Shown here piece by piece: positions 44,787-52,450 of a stretch of DNA of 64,000 bases (position 1 is its first letter; each line of letters opens with the position of its first letter). Under the pieces are notes generated by a model that saw only the letters and a program-made list of their open reading frames with translations, did no database searches and was not told the DNA's origin. Position numbers and translations under genes: made by a program. The stretch spans positions 1 to 64,000 of IMG/VR virus record IMGVR_UViG_3300013939_000002. The stretch is one strand, 5' to 3'. Source of the DNA: a virus.

Positions 44787-46052
44787 CTAATATTTAATAT
44801 CAACCTTGCAGTTCACATCAGTCCCTAACCGCTCTCTAAAGGCAAAGTGCATTGTTTGTTTCAATTCTTCTTGATAATCAACAGGAATAATAAAACTATC
44901 ATGAATGCTTATGCAGGCAACCGATCTTTGTGTAAAATAGTTCAGAACAGAATCAGCAATAGCACTATCGACTCCTTGCAAGCGCAAACCAACAACAGCT
45001 TCTGAAATAAAAGTTTCATACAGATACGGATTCTTGTCAATAATTGCATATAACAATTCATCAACTTCAATATAAATTTTAGGAATTTTGTTTTCTTGGT
45101 ACAACTGTTTAATATCTAAATTGTTTCCAATCCAGTGATTCATAGCAAGTTTGTATGAGGAATCACTATTGCAGTTTAGTCGAATCAACATTGCCATCTT
45201 AGCCAGTTTCCGAAGTGTCTTAGGTTCATACCCTTTCATTTCAATATCATAAGGATCAAAACCTTCTGGAAAAATATAACCTGCTTCAGTAGCTAGGATC
45301 GTTGGGTGCAATGCAACAAAATCTAACTCTGTGACCTTTGAACCATTGATTGTTAATTTGGATCGTTCTTCAGAAGATAATGACTGCACAACAGCCTTGT
45401 CGTTATAGAATCGACCACCTTTATCAAAGCTATCATTGAAGATTCGGCGAGCATTAACAAACAGTTTCTCACCTTTTTCATTTCGGATATCAAAATCAGC
45501 TAGTGTTTTATTGTACATTCGTAAACCCTTAAGCATTTGTTGTGTGGTAGCAGTTGATGTAAACGTCTTAGGTTTCTTGTTTTCATCACGCAAAATCAAA
45601 ACATTCTCGATTGTTGGAATCTCTGCATCTTGCAATAATGTGAATAGATTCTCATAAATATAATCAGATAACACCAGAACAGATTGTTTGAACTTTGTTT
45701 CACCATATTCATTATACCCACAAAATCCACCAACATCAACAATACATCCACATTCTTCCAGAACTTTTAGGAATAGTTTAAAACTCTGATAGTCAATTGG
45801 TGTTGATTTGGACTTCTGTCCATTAATAACAAAACGTTCACTGAATCTTGTTTTGTCAAGTATGATGGGTAGTTCACGGCAACCTAACAGTATTGGTTTT
45901 GTTAGATTATAAATCAGACAATTGCATACTTGTTTTATTTGTTTAATTTTTAAATCATTAAGTTTAGTTGTATTGTAAGTATTGAATAATTGTAATAACC
46001 ACTCTGCTGCTGGTTTACTATGTTTACTAATTGTTTTAGCTAATAAGAACAT
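44787..46052 (-). CDS. 421-aa protein with Pol I / T7-RNAP-type polymerase palm motifs (function unknown)
   Basis: DKGGRFY (aa 210-216), ELDFVALHPTILA (D244), RKLAK (281-285), ISIHDSF (382-388) in canonical T/DxxGR-A-B-C order. Confidence 0.5.
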   Translation of the reverse strand: MFLLAKTISKHSKPAAEWLLQLFNTYNTTKLNDLKIKQIKQVCNCLIYNLTKPILLGCRELPIILDKTRFSERFVINGQKSKSTPIDYQSFKLFLKVLEECGCIVDVGGFCGYNEYGETKFKQSVLVLSDYIYENLFTLLQDAEIPTIENVLILRDENKKPKTFTSTATTQQMLKGLRMYNKTLADFDIRNEKGEKLFVNARRIFNDSFDKGGRFYNDKAVVQSLSSEERSKLTINGSKVTELDFVALHPTILATEAGYIFPEGFDPYDIEMKGYEPKTLRKLAKMAMLIRLNCNSDSSYKLAMNHWIGNNLDIKQLYQENKIPKIYIEVDELLYAIIDKNPYLYETFISEAVVGLRLQGVDSAIADSVLNYFTQRSVACISIHDSFIIPVDYQEELKQTMHFAFRERLGTDVNCKVDIKY

Positions 46053-46240
46053 TGTACCTCATACTAAATAAATATTGTGTGTTACAGTAATACTAATATT
46101 AAATATAAATACTAAAAAAAAAACAAGATAAGAGACACTCTCCTACATGTTAAGGAGCATTTTGGTATGCTAACCCGCACGGCACTAGGCTTTGCGGCTG
46201 AAAAAGCGGCAATATTTTTGCTAAGTTTAACCAGTATACT

Positions 46241-46444
46241 TTACTCTGTTTCTTCTTGCTCCCATTTGCTCTTTTTCTGTGGTTTTAACTTTTTAAGTTC
46301 GTTCTCTACGGCCTCCCAAAACAGAAATCGGCCTTTGTTGTGTGCTGTGTTCTTTTGCACTTGTGCTTTCAAGATAGCTTTCTGGATTGTTTCATAACGT
46401 TCTACATAAGAAGCAACAGCCTCTTCTACAGAATAGTATGCCAT
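46241..46444 (-). CDS. hypothetical protein
   Basis: Track ORF; own promoter upstream. Confidence 0.55.
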   Translation of the reverse strand: MAYYSVEEAVASYVERYETIQKAILKAQVQKNTAHNKGRFLFWEAVENELKKLKPQKKSKWEQEETE

Positions 46445-46477
46445 TATCGATCTCCTAAATCATTACGTTATATGTAT

Positions 46478-46506
46478 ATTATATCATAAAACTAACAAAT
46501 ATTCAA
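46478..46506 (-). promoter_or_regulatory. sigma70-like promoter TTGAAT-17-TGaTATAAT
   Basis: Minus strand hexamers at 46506-01 and 46483-78. Confidence 0.75.
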
Positions 46507-46546
46507 TATAATTTTATATAAAATATTTATACGTTAAATAAAAACA

Positions 46547-47071
46547 TTAATCAATAAACCTTTCCAACATCTCTAACAGTCGAACCTCAATCTTCCTAAT
46601 AGCCTCTGCTGTTAGTCCTTCAGCACTAATCCCAAAGATTTTGATGTCTGTAAACATCTTCTGAGATAACTTCGGTTCATCCTCAACAACACTATCAGAC
46701 TTGTTACTTGTCAGCAAATCATTTCCGATGTTCAAAATGCAAAACTCAACAAGAACTCGTGGAGATTCCTGATTTATTGTCATTGTTTGTGTCAAAGATG
46801 CTTTGATAACAACCTGAGCGTCTTTAAATTTGGTGTTATTGTGTTCAACAGTGTAGCTGTTGCCAAGCAGAATATTATTGAACAACTGTTCAAGATTCTG
46901 CGTCAATGGTTTATTCAGACTTCCAAAAACAAAATGGATTCCGCAATTGGAACTATAATCTCGACTGTGAACAATATATCCACTCTCAACCAACAATCTT
47001 TGTGTTTGTTCAAACAACTCCGAACCTGTGCACAATCGCAGATTCTCTTGTGTTGGAAATAAAGTTTGCAT
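46547..47071 (-). CDS. hypothetical protein
   Basis: Track ORF. Confidence 0.65.
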   Translation of the reverse strand: MQTLFPTQENLRLCTGSELFEQTQRLLVESGYIVHSRDYSSNCGIHFVFGSLNKPLTQNLEQLFNNILLGNSYTVEHNNTKFKDAQVVIKASLTQTMTINQESPRVLVEFCILNIGNDLLTSNKSDSVVEDEPKLSQKMFTDIKIFGISAEGLTAEAIRKIEVRLLEMLERFID

Positions 47072-47082
47072 TATCGAATCTC

Positions 47083-47397
47083 CTAAACTGTATATCCCGC
47101 TTCTGTTAACAATTTATGCCAAGAGTCATCCATATAGTCTCGGCCACATACACAACTGTGAACACTTGAATTAATGTCCCTGATGATTTCTTCTAAGTCT
47201 TGGTTTAGATCAATGACATCAACATCACCATAACGCATATAAACTTTAACCTTGTCTGCCATAAAACGCAAGTAAGCATGAGATTTCATTCGTGTATTCA
47301 AATCATAAATGGTAAAACTCTCATTGTCTTTCTCCATCTTGCGCATTGTAATCTCAATGCCTTTATCCAAATAGTATTCTAAAATTTGGTCTTTCAT
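47083..47397 (-). CDS. hypothetical protein
   Basis: ATG 47397 after AAAGGAGAACAAA; the track start 47439 lies inside the structured repeat region. Confidence 0.6.
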   Translation of the reverse strand: MKDQILEYYLDKGIEITMRKMEKDNESFTIYDLNTRMKSHAYLRFMADKVKVYMRYGDVDVIDLNQDLEEIIRDINSSVHSCVCGRDYMDDSWHKLLTEAGYTV

Positions 47398-47444
47398 TTT
47401 GTTCTCCTTTTCTAAAACGCTCTGTAAGGCATCTACCATTGCAA

Positions 47445-47480
47445 CCTAACGGTTGTTAGCTTTCAGCTAACCGCATAGGC
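47445..47480 (-). other. long imperfect hairpin with GTTAGCT-gaa-AGCTAAC core
   Basis: Minus sense: CCTAtgCGG-GTTAGCT-gaa-AGCTAAC-aa-CCGtTAGG; the core also occurs at 32707-32722. Confidence 0.6.
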
Positions 47481-47503
47481 GGCACCACAATCAATTTTGA
47501 TAT

Positions 47504-47562
47504 ATAACCTGTAGGGTTGCTTGCCTCTATACTAGAAAACCTCTCAGAATTAGTTCTAGAGG
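47504..47562 (-). terminator. minus-strand intrinsic terminator plus conserved 3' module (repeat copy R3)
   Basis: Minus RNA: CCUCUAGAA-cuaa-UUCUgAGAGG then UUUU; the next ~30 nt are nearly identical to R2. Confidence 0.7.
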
Positions 47563-47575
47563 CTTCTGTGGACAT

Positions 47576-47890
47576 TTAATTATCTAGTTTGCAAAATACA
47601 GAGCGAATTGTACCAAGTTTGTTCTGTAAAGACCTGTTCTGCTTTTCAAGTTCGGATAACTCATAACCCACAGCGCAAACTAAACCTTTCTCATTTAATT
47701 CTTTTGTGTCAAGACCTTTACAGGCATTTACACAAGCTACAATCCTTTCTGCAACATTTTTATCAACAATACTGCCAATATGCCCGTACTCATCAACTGT
47801 CCCGATGATAACATCTCCTCGTGGTGTAACAATACAATAACCCTCAGTTCGCGCCGCGACAACAACCCATGAATCTAAACTTTTAATCAT
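47576..47890 (-). CDS. hypothetical protein
   Basis: Track ORF. Confidence 0.65.
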   Translation of the reverse strand: MIKSLDSWVVVAARTEGYCIVTPRGDVIIGTVDEYGHIGSIVDKNVAERIVACVNACKGLDTKELNEKGLVCAVGYELSELEKQNRSLQNKLGTIRSVFCKLDN

Positions 47891-47899
47891 AAATACCTC

Positions 47900-48124
47900 T
47901 TAGTATAAAATACTTTTCTTGGTTCGTGAATAACAACCTACCGGATTTTGCTTCCCTGATTCAATTTTCTCTAGATACTTAACAGCCTGTTGGTATTCAT
48001 AAAAGTCATCAGGACTGTGTTTTGTGCAAGATGAAAGATATGCAACCAAGTCACACAGACGTTTAATGATTTCTGTCTCTGGTTTGTTACGATTAACACC
48101 TAACAGTTCATCTTTGATGCTCAT
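47900..48124 (-). CDS. hypothetical protein
   Basis: Track ORF. Confidence 0.6.
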   Translation of the reverse strand: MSIKDELLGVNRNKPETEIIKRLCDLVAYLSSCTKHSPDDFYEYQQAVKYLEKIESGKQNPVGCYSRTKKSILY

Positions 48125-48135
48125 ACTCTACCTTC

Positions 48136-48375
48136 TTAAATTACTAATGTCAAATTAAAATCACCCATCCATTCAAGCCGTCCATAGTGAGCCAACAGAT
48201 TCAAATCTTCAAGACCTAACCAACAAGGATAATCTTTAATATCGTGATAGTACTCATGATATGCCTTTCGTTGACGGAAAAGTCGCTTTGGAAAATTAAG
48301 TTCATCAGTTAAGAACTCAACCAGACTGCTACTGATAATTCCATCGTCAATTGTTAAAACAAAATCGTGTTTCAT
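48136..48375 (-). CDS. hypothetical protein
   Basis: Track ORF. Confidence 0.6.
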   Translation of the reverse strand: MKHDFVLTIDDGIISSSLVEFLTDELNFPKRLFRQRKAYHEYYHDIKDYPCWLGLEDLNLLAHYGRLEWMGDFNLTLVI

Positions 48376-48384
48376 TCTTCTACC

Positions 48385-48645
48385 TCAATTTCCCCAATTG
48401 CACAGTTCAAAGATTGCTGGAGATCCCAAATAGCAATGTTGTCCAAAGATTTGCATCATGTCCCAACCTTGCAGACGAATATGATAATCGTTTTCAATAA
48501 TCTTTGCAATGTATTGCTCTACTCGCTCTGTGTTCGTCCCTGTGCGGTTAAACTGCATCTCATATCCCCTAAGCAAGTCTAGGCCATGTTCTGTTAGTTT
48601 AACAGTCACAAAGTTATTAATATTCCAATCAATTTTCTTTTTCAT
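48385..48645 (-). CDS. hypothetical protein
   Basis: Track ORF. Confidence 0.6.
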   Translation of the reverse strand: MKKKIDWNINNFVTVKLTEHGLDLLRGYEMQFNRTGTNTERVEQYIAKIIENDYHIRLQGWDMMQIFGQHCYLGSPAIFELCNWGN

Positions 48646-48829
48646 CAGTTTCTCCTTTCATATCTTCTTCCATTATTAAGATATAAGCATCAACCATGTC
48701 TTCTTTCATTTCCGAACTAAACATTCGAATAACCCATTCTCGTTTGTGCCCTTTGCTAATCTTTCGGAGATATTGTTTCTTTTCCCACAATCTATTATGT
48801 GCTTCAATTTCTTGTTTGTTCTTAGCCAT
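48629..48829 (-). CDS. hypothetical protein
   Basis: Track ORF; AGGAAGGATTTTGAT RBS. Confidence 0.6.
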   Translation of the reverse strand: MAKNKQEIEAHNRLWEKKQYLRKISKGHKREWVIRMFSSEMKEDMVDAYILIMEEDMKGETDEKEN

Positions 48830-48833
48830 ATCA

Positions 48834-48867
48834 AAATCCTTCCTACAATCAATTCTAAGAGGTTTTA
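48834..48867 (+). repeat. repeat copy R4 (degenerate hairpin module)
   Basis: 28 of 34 positions identical to R1 (28508-28541) by manual alignment. Confidence 0.6.
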
Positions 48868-48975
48868 ATCTTTAGTAATGCAATCCCTTGCCGATACCCT
48901 AGAAGTCTTGTCCTAGAGCTTCCTATGAAGTTTTATAGGTGTTAATGCAATAAGGAACTGTGACCTCACCAATAT

Positions 48976-49149
48976 TTAATAAGTGCACTCATAACAACTA
49001 AAATACTTTTCTGGCTCTGGAACAGTATGTTCCTTTTTGTTCTGGATGTCAACACCACACAACGTTTTGTTTGAGTGTGGGCAAGCTAAGTGCCAACGTT
49101 TATCTTTTCCTAGAACACGGATTGTAAATTGTTTCTGTTTATCTGACAT
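48976..49149 (-). CDS. small zinc-ribbon-like protein (57 aa)
   Basis: ATG 49149 to TAA (48978-76); C..H...C and CYEC; below track cutoff. Confidence 0.45.
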   Translation of the reverse strand: MSDKQKQFTIRVLGKDKRWHLACPHSNKTLCGVDIQNKKEHTVPEPEKYFSCYECTY

Positions 49150-49158
49150 AATGAAACC

Positions 49159-49422
49159 TTATTTCAAAAACACAATGCATAACCAAACAACTGAGACCAA
49201 CCAAGCAGAATCTAAGATTTTTCCTGTTGAGTTTTGTTTATAGTCTACATTAGAATTAAAAACTTTCCAGACTAAGTATACCCCATATTTTAACCAGTTT
49301 GTCAGACCTGATGCAATTCCATAAATCAAAACATATAGGCCCATCAGAATTGTTAGGACATTTTGCTGCATTACAAACATATAAATATCATTCAGGTTTT
49401 GTATACTCTTCTCTCCTATCAT
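49159..49422 (-). CDS. membrane protein
   Basis: Track ORF; two or three hydrophobic segments. Confidence 0.6.
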   Translation of the reverse strand: MIGEKSIQNLNDIYMFVMQQNVLTILMGLYVLIYGIASGLTNWLKYGVYLVWKVFNSNVDYKQNSTGKILDSAWLVSVVWLCIVFLK

Positions 49423-50279
49423 TTCATAAATTTAACAATTTGTTCAAAAACATTCTTTGTTTGTTCTGAAGAGAGTTTAGCATCTTGAACAAACTTGTCA
49501 AGTGATTGTCGAATATTCTTTGTCACAACTAGAACATTTTTATTCGTAATTGGTGCATCTTTATTTAAAACATAAAGGCTGCGCTGACTGTCTTCATCAA
49601 ACTGAATGCCTGTCAAACTGCAACATTTCTTTGACATCAGACGTTTATATTCTGAGAACGAAAGTTCGAAACTATAGCCTTTTTCACAGAAGATGTTAGC
49701 AATATTAGCATATTTCACTGCAAAATCAACATCATTGTGTTTTGTTTTAGGTTCTAGTTTTTCAATTTGTTCTACAGATTCTGTTAATATTTCTGTTTCA
49801 TTCTTTGCAATCATCTCAGTTTCTCCTGTTGATTCTATTATGTTACTTTCTGATAAATTATTCAAAACATATTCTTTTAATTTGTTTGCTTCTTCAATTG
49901 CTTCAGTGTTATCCAATAACACCTCTGCTGCAACCTTGAAGGTTTCCAGTTTATCTAACTCAATAGTTGTTGTCTTGCAAAGTTTATTTTCCAGTGTGCC
50001 TTTAATGTAATTAACAGTGGCTCCAACCCACACCACATTCCCTAAGACATAAGGTAAAGAACTGTCAATGCGCTCCAGTGTAGGGTACATATCTGACTTT
50101 GGGTCACTGAAATCAAACTCTTTTCCGGTGTAAGCACAACACGGTTTGTTTTTCATATAAGACATAATCAGTCTATATTGACTTTTTGTTATATCGCAAA
50201 CAATTCCTCTACGTTTAGCATTGGTTTTCTTGCGATCATACATTTTGTTAATATGATGCAGACTGAAATACTGTTCCAT
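49419..50279 (-). CDS. protein with two tandem degenerate HNH/His-Me-finger-like modules
   Basis: AKRRGIVCDITKSQYRLIMSY..CCAYTGKEF..LERIDSSLPYVLGNVVWV..VNYIKG repeated more weakly as FELSFSEYKRLMSKKCCSLTGIQF..VLNKDAPITNKNVLVV. Confidence 0.55.
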   Translation of the reverse strand: MEQYFSLHHINKMYDRKKTNAKRRGIVCDITKSQYRLIMSYMKNKPCCAYTGKEFDFSDPKSDMYPTLERIDSSLPYVLGNVVWVGATVNYIKGTLENKLCKTTTIELDKLETFKVAAEVLLDNTEAIEEANKLKEYVLNNLSESNIIESTGETEMIAKNETEILTESVEQIEKLEPKTKHNDVDFAVKYANIANIFCEKGYSFELSFSEYKRLMSKKCCSLTGIQFDEDSQRSLYVLNKDAPITNKNVLVVTKNIRQSLDKFVQDAKLSSEQTKNVFEQIVKFMK

Positions 50280-50309
50280 CTACGAAGTCCTGTCTGATTT
50301 GATATAAAG

Positions 50310-50338
50310 ATTATATGATGGGAAGATTTGAAATGCAA
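50310..50338 (-). promoter_or_regulatory. sigma70-like promoter TTGCAT-17-TATAAT
   Basis: Minus strand hexamers at 50338-33 and 50315-10. Confidence 0.8.
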
Positions 50339-50376
50339 GAGTAGTAGTGTGATCTATACGGGATTTTAACAGAAAG

Positions 50377-50406
50377 GATAAAAGAAAAGCAGCCAAAGAG
50401 GCTGCT
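50377..50406 (-). terminator. rho-independent terminator
   Basis: Minus RNA: AGCAGCC-ucuuu-GGCUGCU followed by UUUUCUUUUAU. Confidence 0.8.
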
Positions 50407-50450
50407 TCAAGAGGACAAACACTAATATTGTTTAACTGTTATTATTTTGT

Positions 50451-51038
50451 TTATTTATTTGTCTGTTTGCTTAACAGAAATTCTGCGAGATCTTTATGCG
50501 TAACACCAAGATCGCTTTTCATTCTTTGAAACACAGGTTTATACTGTGCAATAAAACGTTTAACTCTCTTTTCATGCTCTGATAAAGGAGGTAGTAGCCG
50601 ATCTTGTGCAATAATTATATACCCTAGCTCCCCTGCTACAACAGCACAGCGTTCATCTTCGTATGTAAAAGTTGCTAACACCATTACTTCCTTTCCACTA
50701 TAACGTTGGTCCTTGTAATCTGAACTAATAGTTGCACTACCACCAACCTCAACTTTAAAATCTTCTTTCACAACTGATTTCTCCTGTTTCTCTTCTTCAA
50801 ACAACTTGCTATTTGCTGGAATAAATTGTTTTGTTTTCTCATGATATTTATATTCAGGGATATCTCTTGTAATCACTGATGCCATAATATCAGAGAACGG
50901 CCCCGCAACTTCACGGTGAGTTCCTTCCTGATTTACCACCAATACACCTTCTTCCTCAGAGATAAAATTAGAGGCAAATACAGTACTTACCAATAAAGTG
51001 GCATTTTCCTGTGTCGCTTGAACCCAATAAGTAATCAC
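50451..51038 (-). CDS. hypothetical protein
   Basis: Track ORF. Confidence 0.65.
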   Translation of the reverse strand: MITYWVQATQENATLLVSTVFASNFISEEEGVLVVNQEGTHREVAGPFSDIMASVITRDIPEYKYHEKTKQFIPANSKLFEEEKQEKSVVKEDFKVEVGGSATISSDYKDQRYSGKEVMVLATFTYEDERCAVVAGELGYIIIAQDRLLPPLSEHEKRVKRFIAQYKPVFQRMKSDLGVTHKDLAEFLLSKQTNK

Positions 51039-51050
51039 TATATTTTCTCC

Positions 51051-51700
51051 TTAACTATCAAAACCTACAACCAAAACAACATCAGAACCATATTCTTGTT
51101 TTAGAGTTTTAACTTCTGACAAGAACCAATCATACATTTCACCAAGAGTCTGTTCAGATTTCCAACGACACTGAACATGTGTTGGAACAATACCATCTTT
51201 TCCTAAGTCCTCTTGTTTAACTACTAATACATCACTTCCACCGATTCCCCCGCACCATTTTTCAGGCTCCTTACCTACAGCTAAGGTTTCCTTGTAGTGT
51301 TCTAAACTTAGGACTCCACCTTGTTGCAAGTGATTACTCCAACCTTTCCAATCAAGATTTCATCGATATTCATATAAGTGAAAGAGTGATCACCTAGATA
51401 AACACCCATCTCTGGTTCATTGTCATACTTGCCATGCCACCTATTATAAAAATCAGTTGAATAATATTCTTCATCTTTTTCAATAAAATAAGGCAAACCG
51501 CGTCCTTCTGCAATCGGAACCAATGGTTCATGTCGATAACATCCAGCAAAACCAAACCCATTCCGAACTCCTGCCAGAATTGCAAACAGTGTATAATCTC
51601 TATCTCCAAACCAAGGTGTTTTAATTGGTTGTTTGTTAACTACTTTTCCTTCTAAGTTAGTTTCAACTTTAATAAAACCACCATGAATATCAGTTCCCAT
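51051..51700 (-). pseudogene. single gene (N-terminus MGTDIHGG...) split into two overlapping ORFs by an apparent 1-nt frameshift
   Basis: Track ORFs 51308..51700 and 51051..51329 overlap by 22 nt; the second frame is open upstream as NLDWKGWSNH and joins naturally after ...MNIDEIL. Confidence 0.6.
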
Positions 51701-51726
51701 AATCTTCTCCTCGTCTATATTTAAAA

Positions 51727-52440
51727 TTATTTCAAATCTTGTTGTGCTCGACTATAGAGCAAATTATAAATCTCAATGTTCTGTTTGTCAAGCATTTCAA
51801 GAACAATCAAATCTTCTCGTGAAAGATTCATTGGATTGTAGCCTTGTTGCTCTAGTTTTTCAACAACTTTAGTAACAGCTTTTCCCTTAAATTCAAGAGT
51901 TGCTTTTCTAATCTCAACATTTCCAGTCCATCTTCGACCATGCGTAATAATGAATGTGGTGTCTGGTTGTGATGGGGTAGTATATGCAAAGTCTATTGCA
52001 CTTCTCGCATATGACAAGTACAAAGTGGGATATTTAAATAACCAGGGGATAACTGGACTCAAGTGCTTTTCAAGATCTGCTGTACTGTAAATACTATGTG
52101 GAATTTGTTCATAAAGTTTTAAACTAAATTGTTCATATAAATCCTTTAAAACAGGATCGATTTCTACGACTGATAAGTTTAAATAGTGTTCAGCAGAACT
52201 TAAAGTCTGTTCAACTTGACTATCAAATTCTGAAACTAAACTACTAACATTCTCTGAAACATCTCTTAAATCTGTAAGATTGCTGAGACTACTTTCAATG
52301 TTCTTCATTGCATCATTAGCATCTTCATCTTCAAAACTATAACTAATCTCTCTTGATATATCTTTCTCAACGCCTGCAACGCTACTATAATCCACATCCA
52401 AACTATCTGGATCGATTCCATACAAAATTGCATAACTCAT
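51727..52440 (-). CDS. hypothetical protein
   Basis: Track ORF. Confidence 0.65.
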   Translation of the reverse strand: MSYAILYGIDPDSLDVDYSSVAGVEKDISREISYSFEDEDANDAMKNIESSLSNLTDLRDVSENVSSLVSEFDSQVEQTLSSAEHYLNLSVVEIDPVLKDLYEQFSLKLYEQIPHSIYSTADLEKHLSPVIPWLFKYPTLYLSYARSAIDFAYTTPSQPDTTFIITHGRRWTGNVEIRKATLEFKGKAVTKVVEKLEQQGYNPMNLSREDLIVLEMLDKQNIEIYNLLYSRAQQDLK

Positions 52441-52450
52441 TTATTGTTCC

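Noticed and set aside
46167-46397. Track ORF 46167..46397(+) and a GC-richer patch at 46165-46215 that I tested as a possible tRNA or small RNA
   Set aside because: The ORF is antisense to 46241..46444, which has its own promoter. The GC-rich patch shows no cloverleaf, T-loop (GGTTCGA-like) or anticodon-arm geometry.
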